Below, piece by piece: positions 14,120 to 26,175 of a stretch of 64,000 bases of DNA. The stretch is taken from NCBI RefSeq assembly GCF_006345805.1, contig NC_043012.1, positions 8,184,001 to 8,248,000 on the forward strand, in the 5' to 3' direction. The position numbers and the translations under genes were made by a program. The notes under the pieces are model-generated. The model was not told where the DNA came from and made no database searches. It was given only the letters and a program-made list of their open reading frames with translations. Each line of letters begins with the position of its first letter. Within the stretch, counting starts at the first letter, position 1. This stretch comes from Octopus sinensis. Its lineage: Eukaryota.

Positions 14120-14540
14120 CCCTGTGCCAGTGGCACGTAAAAAGCACCATCCGAACGTGGCCGATGCCAGCGCCGCCTGGACTGGCTTCCGTGCCGGTGG
14201 TACATAAAAAGCACCAATCCGAACGTGGCTGATGCTAGTGCCGCCTGGACTGGCTTCCGTGCCGGTGGCACATAAAAAGCACCATCTGAACGTGGCCCGA
14301 TGCCAGCGCCGCCTGGACTGGCTTCCGTGCCGGTGGCATGTAAAAAGCACCAATCCGATCGTGGCCGTTGCACCCACTACACTCTTGGAGTGGTTGGCGT
14401 TAGGAAGGGCATCCAGCTGTAGAAACATTGCCAGATCAGACTGGAGCCTGGTGCAGCCTTCTGGCTTCCCAGACCCCAGTTGAACTGTCCAACCCATGCT
14501 AGCATGGAGAACGGACGTTAAACAATGATGATGATGATTC
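14120..14540 (+). mobile_element. RTE-type LINE 3' tail with ~4 internal ~62-bp tandem units
   Basis: GTTGGCGTTAGGAAGGGCATCCAGCTGTAGAA ... GGACGTTAAAC(GAT)n. Other tails at ~8030-8360, 11415-11740, 48915-49190 (-), 53825-54060 (-), 55500-55730, 56900-57150 and 59720-60012 (-). Confidence 0.8.
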
Positions 14541-15353
14541 CACAACTAACATTAATTCTATATTAGTCACATAAAATAACTTTAGTATTACCTATATGTA
14601 GGGCGGCAGGCTGGCCGTATCATTACCATGTTGGGCAAAATGCTTAGCGATATTTGTCAGCCTTTACATTCTGATTTCAAATTATGCTGAGGTTAACTCA
14701 ACTTTTTATCCTTTCAGGGTTGATGAAATAAGTACCAGTGGCATGCTGGGGTTGACATAACTGACTTGTCTCCTCCTCCGAAATTTCTGGTCCAGTGCCA
14801 AAATTTGAAACTAATGAGCTGGCAAAATCATTAGCATGCGATTGGCGGCGAGCTCGTAGAAACATTAGCATGCCAGGCAAAATGCCTAGTGGTATCTCAC
14901 CTGTCTTTACATTCTGAGTTCAAATTCCGCCGAGGTCGAATTTGCCTTTCATCTTTTCGGGGTTGTTAAATTAAGTACCAGTTATGCACTGGGGTCGATG
15001 TAATAGACTTAATCCGTTTGTCTGTCCTTGTTTGTCCCCTCTATGTTTAGCCCCTTGTGGGCAATAAAGAAATAAGAATCGTTAGCATGCTTAGCTTAGT
15101 GGCATTTTGCTTGTTTTATGTCCTGGGTTCAAATGCCATTGATAGCAACTTCCCTTTCATCCTTCCAGTGTCAATAAACAAGAACCAGTTGAGAACTGGA
15201 GTCAATGTAATCTACTTAGCCACCCTTACCCCTAAAATTGCTGACCCTGTGCCAAAATTTGAAACCAATGACACATATATTACACACACACACACACATT
15301 CAATTAACATCTTCTTTTCCATGCTAGAATGGGCTGGACTGAGATGTATTTAA

Positions 15354-15575
15354 CCCTTTCATTACTGTATATATTTTGAGATGTTCTGTGTTTCTTTCAA
15401 TTAATTCTAAATATTACAAAGAATTTAGCAAAATAACTTACTTAACATTCAGCTAGTGTTACGAACATAAATTGTGATTAAAGTTTGGTGGAAGATCTTA
15501 ATTCAAAACTTATGAAAACAAGACATTTGTTCTACGGAGCCAGCGCCAGTTTCAGCCGGGTTGGTAACGAAAGGG
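15354..15575 (+). mobile_element. piggyBac-type MITE family 2 (222 bp)
   Basis: TTAA|CCCTTTCATTAC...GTAACGAAAGGG|TTAA. Confidence 0.85.
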
Positions 15576-16365
15576 TTAAGACATGGTGTTTTCCTGTCAC
15601 TAATTTGAATAGAATTTCAGCCATTTACAAAGAAAGATATCCACCAGCTAATGCAACAGGTATGTACAGGTATACCAGTCATATCCCAGTGTATTAATGA
15701 TGCATGTTATGGAAATTATGCTTAATGGTGTTTCTTCTGTCTTTATGAACTAAGTTCAAATTCTGCTAAGGTCAACCTTGCCTTTCATCCTTTAGGCACA
15801 ATAAAGTAAGTACCAGTTGAACACTAGGGTTGATGTAATCGAGTAGTCCCCAGCTCCCAAATTTCAGGCTTTGTATCTACTACAATGGACAGAAATATTA
15901 CCCATCTCTATAATTCTAATAAAGAACTCTGTCTATGCCATGTTCTTGAAATCATCTTTTTATTCTGTTTTATTGTTCTCAATACAAACTAAACTCTATT
16001 TACTCACAATATTGACCGTTCTTGTGTACAAACGAAATATAAGATTGCTAATCTCTTTGTTCACTGTTGAGTCTGGCTGGTTGAATAGTGACTAACTTGA
16101 TCACAATATCAATACCACAGCATTAATAACAGGTTCTAAGAGAGAGGGTGGAGCAGAGAGGTACCACTGTGGCTTCACTGTCTGTACATGTGTGTGTGTA
16201 AAGATTGTTCTATGTCTTACATGTACAAACTGATGTGGATCAAATAATTAAGACGTATATTAATGATAGAGCGATTGCTAATGAAACGGGAATCAGACAG
16301 ACTGAAGAATTAGTTGGATCAATTGTTATAAACTCTGTGTGTGTGTGTTTGTGTTTGTGTGTGTG

Positions 16366-16423
<58 letters not shown>

Positions 16424-16914
16424 CAGCTGTAGGTTAGTCCAAAATTGGATTCAACAGAAATTTGCTTTCGTATATACCACAAAGGAATAGGAACTTTACA
16501 TCTGGGTAGATACCTTGGCTAACATCGAATGATATTAAAAATTTAGAATCATTTAGAATTACTAATTAAACTGAATGCTCTTCAAATGGTAAATCCTGAG
16601 TTTGCTTCAATGGATTTCTTGGAGACCTATATATTATATATATATGTATATATATATATATAGGTTCAGTAACATTTAGATTCAGTTGAATATGGTACTT
16701 AAGTTAAAGGCACCAGAGTTTAGTACGGTATTATCCATATAATTCAAAATGGGGTGATTATAATAAAAATAAGCAACAAGGATATCCAGAGGTAATGCAG
16801 TACGATTGTTTCATGCGACTCCATTTAATTGAAAAATGCAATCATTACATCAGTTTTAAAATGTAGAGCAATCTTCAGCTGCACAAAGAAACAACTTAAT
16901 TAACTAAATATTCT

Positions 16915-17104
16915 ATATCTCTAAACCCAACACTTAAAAACAACTAACCCTAACTTTAAATACAAACCTAACTCTAAACACAATACTAACCCTAAAACCT
17001 CTCTCTAGATACAACCCTAAAACAACACAAACACTAATGTTAATTTTAAGCACAATTCTAACCCAGTGGCAGACCCTAATCCTTAAACTCAGCCCTAACT
17101 CTAA
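16915..17104 (+). repeat. Degenerate (TAACCC)n telomere-like tract
   Basis: Many taaccctaa / aacctaac / ccctaatcc / ccctaactc units. Confidence 0.7.
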
Positions 17105-17317
17105 ACATTAGCATTTAAACTGGCCATATCAGGCCCAAATATTGTACTTCGTTTTATGTTCAAACTGGCCAGGTTCATCCTCTGGCACCTACCCTACAAT
17201 GTCATAAACAATCACATCATTGAAATTTTGAAGCTACATTGTAATGCCTAATTAATTCAAAACAGTTTAAATATATATGCATCACAGTTGACAGAATAAT
17301 CCAAAAGCTAAAGAGTT
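17105..17317 (+). mobile_element. piggyBac-type MITE family 1, degenerate left end
   Basis: ttagcatttaaactggccatatc...agctaaagagTTAA. Confidence 0.65.
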
Positions 17318-18180
17318 AAGCTTTAACCAATAATATTTATCAGGAATTGCATTAAATATTACTGCATACACTTGGTCGCATGAAATGGAGTCAACTTGTT
17401 GAGAGGGACTAACAAGTATTTCTTTTGCAGAGATTCTTGACGATGGAATGGAATTATATATTAAATAACGAAATACACAGCAATTTTGTGTATTTTTGAA
17501 ATTTGAATTTTAAATTAATCTAAATCTCAATTAGTTAATTATGGCAATAATTAACTTTACTTTTCAGCTAACACCAATGCCTGATTAAATCTTAATTGGA
17601 TGAGAGAAATAGGAATTATATGGCAATAATTCTACAATCTCACTTCTCTACACAAATGAGAGCAAAAAATAGTTTCTCAAAAGTATTTCATACACACACA
17701 AACACACACACACAAAAGACTCATTTTATATGGAAACTACTTACTCACGTGCTCGTGTGTGTATATGTGTACGGGGAGGGGGTGTTAGTTGTCAGCACAG
17801 AACATAGACATTAAATCATAATATATACAGAGTGAGAGAGGGGGGAGGGGTCGAAAACGAAGCAAGTGCAATGTGTGCGTGTGTGTGTGCATTACTAGAA
17901 AACAACAGATGTTGAACAGTTTAGAAAATCTGTAAATGTATATATTATATATATATATATTATATATATATATATATATATACACATATATATATACACA
18001 TACATACACACACACACACACTCTCTCTCTCTTTGACTGGCTGCTTGGAATATCTGCCATATCTTATAATCTCTAATGTAATCCATCACTTTCACACACA
18101 TATGCATACACATGTGCACGTGTGTGTATGTATGTACATATGTATACATACATAAATATATATACACACAAATATAGCTG

Positions 18181-18237
<57 letters not shown>

Positions 18238-18426
18238 GTTGTTTATTTTTTATTTTTACCGTTATTGTTTTTACGTTTTTGTATTCTTATTGGTGTCACG
18301 TATTCTGTATTTTTGTTTGTGTACTTCGATCGTTTTCCGTCCTTTCGTTGTATACATTCGAAGCTTTCTTCCAGGGGATCTAATGCGCTTGGCTTAGATT
18401 TCCCTTGGCGGGCCGGCCATATCGGA

Positions 18427-18492
18427 GCAATCTCAAGATTAATCAGCCGAAATTGCTAAGATGATCTGGTTCTTGACTGATGACTGAGGGCT
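18427..18492 (+). ncRNA. Candidate permuted hammerhead ribozyme, copy 1
   Basis: GCAAT-C-TCAAGA (18427-38), AGCC-GAA-ATTGC (18445-56), TCTTGA-CTGATGA (18471-83), GGCT (18489-92). Stems I and III are in exact register with the core; stem II needs a 5-nt insertion. Confidence 0.55.
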
Positions 18493-18576
18493 TCGAATGT
18501 CCCGTCCTGTGGTTCTTGTGTCGTCTCTGTGGTGTTTCATGTTCTTGTCCATGTCTGTATTTAATTTTACTGTTTA

Positions 18577-18616
<40 letters not shown>

Positions 18617-18685
18617 ATCGAGGCTTTCTTCCAAGGAATCTAATGCGCTTGGCTTAGATTTTCATTTGGGGCTGGCCAGATCGGA

Positions 18686-18751
18686 GTAATTTCAAGATTA
18701 ATCAGCCGAAATTGCGAAGATGATCCGGTTCTTGACTGAAGATTGAAGGCT
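18686..18751 (+). ncRNA. Candidate permuted hammerhead ribozyme, copy 2
   Basis: GTAAT-T-TCAAGA (18686-97), AGCC-GAA-ATTGC (18704-15), TCTTGA-CTGAAGA (18730-42), GGCT (18748-51). Confidence 0.55.
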
Positions 18752-18832
18752 TCGAATGTCCCGTCTGTGTTTTTTGTATCGTCTTCTAAATGTTTTACAA
18801 TCTTGTCCCAGTTGGTATTTTTTCACATTTAC

Positions 18833-18865
<33 letters not shown>

Positions 18866-19744
18866 CAAATACATTCACACAAATACAAATATCTGTAAGT
18901 ACACATACATATAGAAACACACCTACTCACAAATACATTTGTATATGAATATATATACATCCAATCACACAAATACACTACACAACCCCACCACACACAC
19001 ACATACTACCTACACGAAATAGAAGACATTTGTCCAGGGTGTCAAATAACCCTAAACCGCACTTTTTGAAGCAAATACCTTAACCACAGGGATCCCTGCA
19101 CTTTGCATGTGCAAGTTTGTGCGTGGACAACATAGTGTAATATTTGAAAATCTAAGGTAAATTGGAAGTAATTAAACTAGTCTTTTTCAGTGGGAGCCTA
19201 AACAGATGTAAATATTTATTGTTATTCTCTCTTCATAAACAGAAAGATGAAGGCGATTGTCCTGGTATGTTTCATGATTCATTGGCCGCACATCAAAGAC
19301 ATGTAATGCTTCCCTCATTCCTCTTCCCACAAAGAGAAATTAGAAATCGATCGCTATTTAAATCAGTCACAAACTAGAACTTAGCCATGATGACAAGGTT
19401 AAACTGTACACATGATTAAATAATTAATTCTTATTCATAACAGAGAATAAAATGAATTTAAAGGATTTAAACTATAACTTTTTAAGCTTTATAGCTAATT
19501 GCTATAAGTCTTCTTTGGGGACAGATGAATCAAGTGCAACCTGTCTTCTGATCAGTAGTCAACAAGCTATGAAGCATACCATGGAAGTCTTTTTTCTGCA
19601 TACAAAGAGAATAACAAGATGTATTTACATATGTTTAAAGCGCCACAGTAAAAGACTTAAAAGGTACTAAGTTTGTTTACAGTAGATTTCAACTTTCCAG
19701 AGAGTGACCATTACACTAGAGTTCCAAAGACCATCCTCTATATA

Positions 19745-20052
19745 TCATACATTTGTTCCTTCTCGAGCCATGCCTGCCTCATAAGGGCCGGTTTCCTGGT
19801 TTCCTTGGCGTATAGGTTCCCCACCTGGACAGGATGCCGGTCCGTCGCAGATGAGCTGCAAGATGCAGGAGGAAAGAGTGAGAGAAGGTTGTGGCGAAAG
19901 AGTCAGCAGAAGTTCGCCATTACCTTCTGCCGGAGCAACGTGGAGCTTAGGTGCTTCGCTCATAAACACATACATCACCTGGTCTGAGATTCAAACCCGC
20001 GATCCCACGACTGCAACTCCGCTGCTCTAACCACTAGGCCATGTGCCTCCAC
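19745..20052 (-). mobile_element. tRNA-derived SINE with V-domain-like centre
   Basis: Head GTGGAGGCACATGGCCTAGTGGTTAG...GGTTTGAATC; centre GACGGACCGGCATCCTGTCCAGG. Confidence 0.7.
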
Positions 20053-20289
20053 ATATCATAGATTGCTTTGTTGTAATGGTGCTAGCACTCTGCACTCAAG
20101 AGTTCAAATCTTATTGAGTTCCTCATTCCAGAGTGAATAAACAAAGTATAAACAATTCTCCTCTTTCACCTAGGTTTTCTTCTCTCTTTCTGGAAGAAAT
20201 CAGCTAAGGTCACATTCGGATGTGACCCTCTGACTACATCAAGGAGTAGAGAGCTCAAAGCAAGACAAGTCATACAGCGTTTTGCTTCC

Positions 20290-20681
20290 TTTTTTTTTAC
20301 TCATTAGAGTGTGGCCATACTGGGGCACCACCTTCAAGAATTTTCACTCAAAGGAATCGACCCCAGTACTTAATTTTTTTTTAAGCCTGCTAACTTATTC
20401 TATTGGTCTCTTTTGCCTAACTACTAAGTTAAAGGGACTGTAAACACACCAACACTAGCTGTCAAGTGGTGATGAGGGACGAACAGACACAAAGACACAC
20501 ACATATACATACATACATACATGATGTGCTTCTTTCAGCTTTTCTCTACCAAATCCACTCAGAAAGCTTTGGTCACCCTGATGCTATAATAGAAGACGTT
20601 TGCCCACGGTTCAATGTAGTGGGACTGAACCCAGAACCATGTGGTTGCAAAGCACTTCTTACCACACAGCCACGCCTGCGC
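20290..20681 (-). mobile_element. SINE family A, diverged
   Basis: As above. Confidence 0.75.
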
Positions 20682-20814
20682 ATGAGAAAGTAGACCTGCT
20701 GCAAGTGTTAATGATAAGCCGTCAGTTATTCAATCAACTGAGGTACTTACTCTCAAATTAAAAAAATTAGTGCTTGGGCAATGAACAGAGGAGCATAAGT
20801 ATAAGGTATTTTGA

Positions 20815-21034
20815 CCCTTCAGGGTTCAGATTACTCAGTCAAATGTAATACATACTCATTCACATTGATTTGAATGAATCATGCATTATCTTTGTAGTTT
20901 TAAGATTTCAATGATGTGATTGCTTGTTTTGAATGACATCGTTAGGTACAGGTGAGCGGCCAGAATCGGCCTGTTTGAACATAAAACAGGTAGAAAATTT
21001 GGGGCTGGATATGGCCGGTTTAAATGTAAAAGGG
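20815..21034 (-). mobile_element. piggyBac-type MITE family 1
   Basis: Reverse-oriented copy with TTGA/TTAA flanks. Confidence 0.75.
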
Positions 21035-21852
21035 TTAAGAGATGAACAGGACAGGAGTATCAATGATTCTAAAGTGATGATAATAGCAGCACATGTTGCT
21101 GTATAGCAAATTCCTCATCTGAGGTGTCTGTGAGTAAAAGATGAGAGAGCAAGAGGAAAGGGATAATGGTGAGGAGGAGGAGGAGAGTAGGAGGAAAAGG
21201 ATGAGGAGGAAGGGGGAGTGTGTATTGTAACAGAGAGACAGATGTCATAACTGATGAACACACACGATTTTAGCTATAGAAGTTAGCACACATGCACACC
21301 GCAAAGCACTCCATGTCGATCACACTACAACCAAAACATTACCATACTACAACACATGCTCACCATACTATCACAATAGAGGACCCCCCTTCGGTCATGA
21401 ATGGCCATGGAATTACACCTAGGAAGATGCCCTCCGAGATAAGGTTGTTTATAGAAGACCAGCAGCTGCCCATGCATACTAGTCTCCACTCTCCATCATG
21501 CCAACAATGTTATCTAAGGGAAAGGCAAAGGGGCCGATACAGTTCCGCACCAGTGATGTTGCAACTCCTTTCAACGGCTGAGTGAACTGCAGTTCGAGAA
21601 TTGAACTTACTACCTTATGATTGTGAGCCCGATGCCCTAACCACTGAGCCATGTGCCTTCACATACTATTGCAATTACACTACCACTACTACATTAGTAC
21701 CACTGCACTATGCTACTACCACAAAACGACTCTTACAACACTGGATTACAAATTACAATCCAATGCGGTCACCACATCTATACAACACTACCTCCACACA
21801 CGACACACCAACACCACAGCCACCGCTATACTGTAATGCCACTGTCATATCA

Positions 21853-21970
21853 CAGTGTTTCTCAACCAAGGTCCACGCGGTTCCCGGGTCTCTATATAAG
21901 GTTTTTGGGAGTCCACAAAAAATAATAAATTGGAGATTCACAACAGTATTTTAAGGGTCCCTGAAAAAAT
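21853..21970. mobile_element. hAT MITE left-end fragment
   Basis: Begins CAGTGTTTCTCAACC like the 4716 element; no right TIR was seen. Confidence 0.5.
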
Positions 21971-22204
21971 TTTCCTCCAGGATATGACGACAGCTAGAGA
22001 TGCAGAAGGCTGCAACCAGAGCTGGCTTAATTATTTATTTATTGATTTATTGAACCGGAAACAATCAAGATCAAAGTTGATCTCAGTGCAATTTGAACTC
22101 GGAACACAAAAACCAAGAATAAATATCACAACAACGAATGTTCTACATGACGTGCCAACAATTCCACTAATCAACCATCGTACATATTTCATCATCATCA
22201 TTTA

Positions 22205-22607
22205 ATCTTTTATCTTTTGTTTCAGTAATTGAACTGTGTGTGGCCATGCTGGGGCACTACCTTGAAGAATTTTAGTCAAAGGATTCAAACCCAGTATTTA
22301 ATTTTTAAGCCTGGTACATAATCTCTCAATCCCCTTTGCCTAACTGCTAATGTTACACTATATTGTGGGGACATAAAACACACCAAAACCAGTCGTCTAG
22401 TGGTGACGGGGTCAAACACAGACACATACACACACATATACAGTATATGATGGGCTTCTCTCAGTTTCTATCTACCAAACCCACACACAGAGCTTTGGTC
22501 AGACAAGGGCTATAATAGAAGACACTTGCCCAAAGCACCATGCAGTGGGACCAAACATGAAATCATAAAGTTGAGAAGCTAGCTTCTCAACCACATGGTC
22601 TGTGCCT
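22205..22607 (-). mobile_element. SINE family A, diverged
   Basis: As above. An oppositely oriented related head starts at ~22658. Confidence 0.7.
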
Positions 22608-23632
22608 ATATATGTGTATATATTGATAGATTGAGGGATATATGTGTGTGTGTGTGTGTAGGTGAAGTGTTGCCAAGTGGTTAAGTAGCTTGCTTTGCAA
22701 CCCCACAGTCCCAGGTTCAATCCCACTGCAAGAAATCCTGGGCAAATGTCAGTTTCTATAACTTCAGGTGAACCCATAGCCTGAGACTGAAATTGGGATA
22801 GACAGAAACAGTAAGGAAGCTTGTTGGGTTGATTGTACTTGTAACTCAAATGATACAGGTTTGTCACACACACTGTTTCATACTGATCGTGCCTGAGAAT
22901 TACATTAAGGGTACACATGTCTGTGGAACACTCAGCCACTTATATGTTAATTCAGTAGATCAAACAACTGAATTCTCATTATTGTGTATTTATCACACAG
23001 ATACATACGCACACATGCTGTATGTATATATATGTGTGTGTGTGTAAGTTATACATCCTTTGTGTGAGTGTGTGAAGTTGCTATACATATAGTATCAGGT
23101 CATTTTATATGCTACTACTAACATAATCCTATAGAACCTGTCACATGGTTGAGCTGTCAGTGACTAAACCAGTCTAACCTGGAAGGGTGGGTTATTGGGT
23201 TGTGGGAAACTGAGCAAGAAAGACCACACAATTTGAAAAAGGGAGAAATTAATCCAGCATAGAATCAACAGCTGTCTCACAACAGGGAGCAGGGACATGG
23301 AAATACTAAATACTAAGACCTCAATGGGAGTGAGAGACCCCTGGCCTTTGTTAGAACATCTGTGCTTTAGAGGGGTCAATAGACCTACTTAGCCATAGCA
23401 TGGGCAACCTGTCTGCACTACTTAGCTACCATGTAGGTGGGTCCAAGAAAACAAAGAGATAGGCAGCCTTCTTTGAGAAAAAAACTAAGTCACAGGTGTC
23501 AGCTTTAACCCTTCATTACTATCATCATTGTTTAACATTCGCTTTCCCAGCTGGCATTTGTTGGACAGTTTGACTAAGGGCTGATGAGCCAGTAAGCTGC
23601 ATCAGGCCCCAATCTGATCTGGCAAGGTTTCT

Positions 23633-23865
23633 TATTTCTTTACTGCCCACAAGGGGCTACACACAGAGGGGACAAACAAGGACAGATAAACGAATTAAGT
23701 TGATTACATCGACCCCAGTGCATAACTGGTACTTATTTAATCAACCCTGAAAGGATGAAAGACAAAATCGACCTCAGTGGAATTTGAACTCAGAATGTAG
23801 CAGCAGACGAAATACCGCTAAGCATTTCACCCGGCGTGCTAACATTTCTGCCAGCTCATCGCCTT
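23633..23865 (-). mobile_element. SINE family C
   Basis: Reverse complement of the 5050 family. Confidence 0.8.
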
Positions 23866-24845
23866 ATCTGGCAAGGTTTCTACAGCCAGTTGCCCTTCCT
23901 AACGCTAACCACTCTGAGAGTGTAGCGGATGCTTTTTAAGTGCCATCAGCACGGGAGCCAGTCAGGTGGTACTGGCATCGACCATGCTCAAATGGTGCTT
24001 TTTAGGTGCCACCTTTGTGTTACCATATTTCTATTGAGATACACTGCTTTTGTTTCAGTTGAATTTTTGAAAATAGTAAAAAATTTAGTGAAATAACCGT
24101 CATTATTTCAATGGTGTTTTAAGGCGACAAGCTGGCAGAATTGCTACCATGCTGGGTAACAGTGCTTAGCAGCATTTCCTCTGACTTTAAGCTCAGAGTT
24201 CACATGCCACCGGGGTTAACTTTGCTTTTCATTCTTTGGTGGTGGTGGGGGGGGGGGAAGTCGATGAAATAAAGTACCATTTGAACACTGGGGGTTGATG
24301 TAACAGACATACCCCCTCCTCTGAACTTGCTGGCCTTGTGCCAAAATCTGAATTCGTTTTTTTTTTTAATGGTGTTCAAAAGATAAATTAGCATGTAAGG
24401 TTTTAATTTAGATCTCTTTAAAACAGTAAGTTGATATAATAGATCCAGGGATGATCTTAAGCAGGTTAGTTTCAAAAGGATTAAGGGAGTTTCTGACAGA
24501 CTGGATTTCAGGCAGAATCTCACAGCTGAGAGAAGGTATCAGTTATCTTAGCAAATGCTTACCACTGGGATCTATCTCTTTTGCAGCAAAGATAGGGATA
24601 CAGGGAAACACATCCCACCTGCCACTTTTATTTTTTACTTGTTTCAGCTATTAGACTGTGGCCATACTGGGGTACCACTTGGAAGAAGATTTTTTATTCG
24701 AATGAATCAATCCAAGTACATGCTTATTTTTTAAGCCTGGTAATTATTCTATCAGTCTCTTTTGTCATACTGCTGGGGACATAAACACACCAACACCAGT
24801 TGTCAGATGGTGGTGGGAGACAAACACAAAATCATACACATATGG

Positions 24846-24889
<44 letters not shown>

Positions 24890-24891
<2 letters not shown>

Positions 24892-25077
24892 CGCCATGAT
24901 AGATCGTTAGCCACTACACACATTTTTTTTTCTCTCCTTGTTTTTTCTGTGTCCCTTTCTGTAGAAGTGCGTAGGCTCGAAACGTAAAATACTTTTTCTA
25001 TTCCTGAGTGTTATACTAATACATCTGTTTGTTTTGTACACCACCTGTCTTCATCTTTTGTTTTTTTCGTAAACTTC

Positions 25078-25080
<3 letters not shown>
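24890..25080 (+). mobile_element. 191-bp (TA)n-flanked element nested in the internal microsatellite of a SINE
   Basis: Unique sequence bounded by long (TA)n on both sides, inside the minus-strand SINE at ~24635-25290. Confidence 0.7.
24956..24989 (+). ncRNA. Minimal hammerhead-like motif with palindromic ACGT stem III (variant core)
   Basis: TTT-CTGTAGA-A-GTGC(GTAG)GCTC-GAA-ACGT-A-AAA. It has A6U, an extra A after A9 and one mismatch in stem II. Confidence 0.5.
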
Positions 25081-25121
<41 letters not shown>

Positions 25122-25847
25122 CAGGCTTCTTTCAGTTTCCATCTATCAAATCCAAATCCACTCACCAGGCTTTGGTCAGCCCAAGGCTATAGTAGCAGAC
25201 ACTCGCTCAAGGTACCCAGGAGTGGAACTTAATCCGGAGCCATGTGGTTGGGGAAACAAGCTTCTTACCATACAGCCATGCCTACACCTATACTATGAAG
25301 CTTTGTTGCACAGTTATCTCCCCCTGCAATGAGGATTAAGGATCATCAGTCCTGAGAGTGGTTACTATATATATATATATTACAGCAGTTAGAGTATGAT
25401 GTGTCTATGACAATAACACTAGCACCATCGCAGTTGTTGCCTCACACGTGAGGAGAGGCACTTGGTGAAAGTAGTCACGGATCACTGGCTGTTCGTGCAC
25501 CTTCATCCCTGGTTGTTGTTGCTCTGTCACAAATCATGCAAGGATCCACAGCTGGGGGAGAGAAGCCGGTTATCATTGAAACTGATGGATAACCAGAAAT
25601 AAGTATACATATACACACACACACATACACATAGATCATAGCTAAATGTTTCTACACACACATGTATGCATCTGCCAGTTATATATATATATATACATAC
25701 ACACACAGGCACACATACATATGTACATGTCTTTACATGTCTGAGACTGTGAGTGCAAGCCACTTATAATCATAGATAATGTTTATCAAAATGTCCACAA
25801 AAAAAAAAGAATAAATCATAAAACAATCATAGAACAATCATAAAACA

Positions 25848-26175
25848 TAGGTGTAGGAGTGGCTGGTAAGTAGCTTGCTTACCAACCACATGGTTCCGGG
25901 TTCAATCTCCTTGGGCAAGTGTCTTCTACTATAGCCTCGGGCTGAGTGGATTTGGTAGACGGAAACTAAAAGAAGTCCGTCATATATATGTATATGTGTG
26001 TGTGTGTGTGTGTGTTTGGGTGTCTGTGTTTGTACCCCCAACATCGTTTGACAACTGATGCTGGTAACTTAGCGGTTCGGCAAAAGAGACCAATAGAATA
26101 AGTACTAGGCTTACAAAGAATAATTCCTGGGGTCAAATGACTGAAACAAGTAAAAGAGTAAGAGAGTAAAAGAGT
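25848..26175 (+). mobile_element. SINE family A with internal deletions
   Basis: Head, microsatellite and tail are recognisable. Confidence 0.75.

Larger units (their letters stand above)
18357..18830 (+). mobile_element. Tandem dimer of a ~215-bp (TA)n-associated element (Penelope-like/retrozyme-like)
   Basis: Two similar units (18357-18578 and 18618-18830), separated and flanked by (TA)n. A T-rich 5' extension lies at ~18237-18356. Confidence 0.65.
24635..25290 (-). mobile_element. SINE family A with nested insertion
   Basis: Both halves flank the 24890-25080 insert. Confidence 0.75.

Noticed and set aside
18411-18470. HDV-like ribozyme reading (GGCCGGC start, GCGAA/GCTAA)
   Set aside because: P1, P3 and P1.1 could not be built; the hammerhead reading explains the same bases better.
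20207-20227. Perfect 8-bp hairpin GGTCACAT-TCGG-ATGTGACC
   Set aside because: Isolated; expected occasionally by chance in 64 kb.
25420-25500. CCTCAC-AC-GTGAGG region as an HDV-like ribozyme
   Set aside because: No nested double pseudoknot could be assembled.
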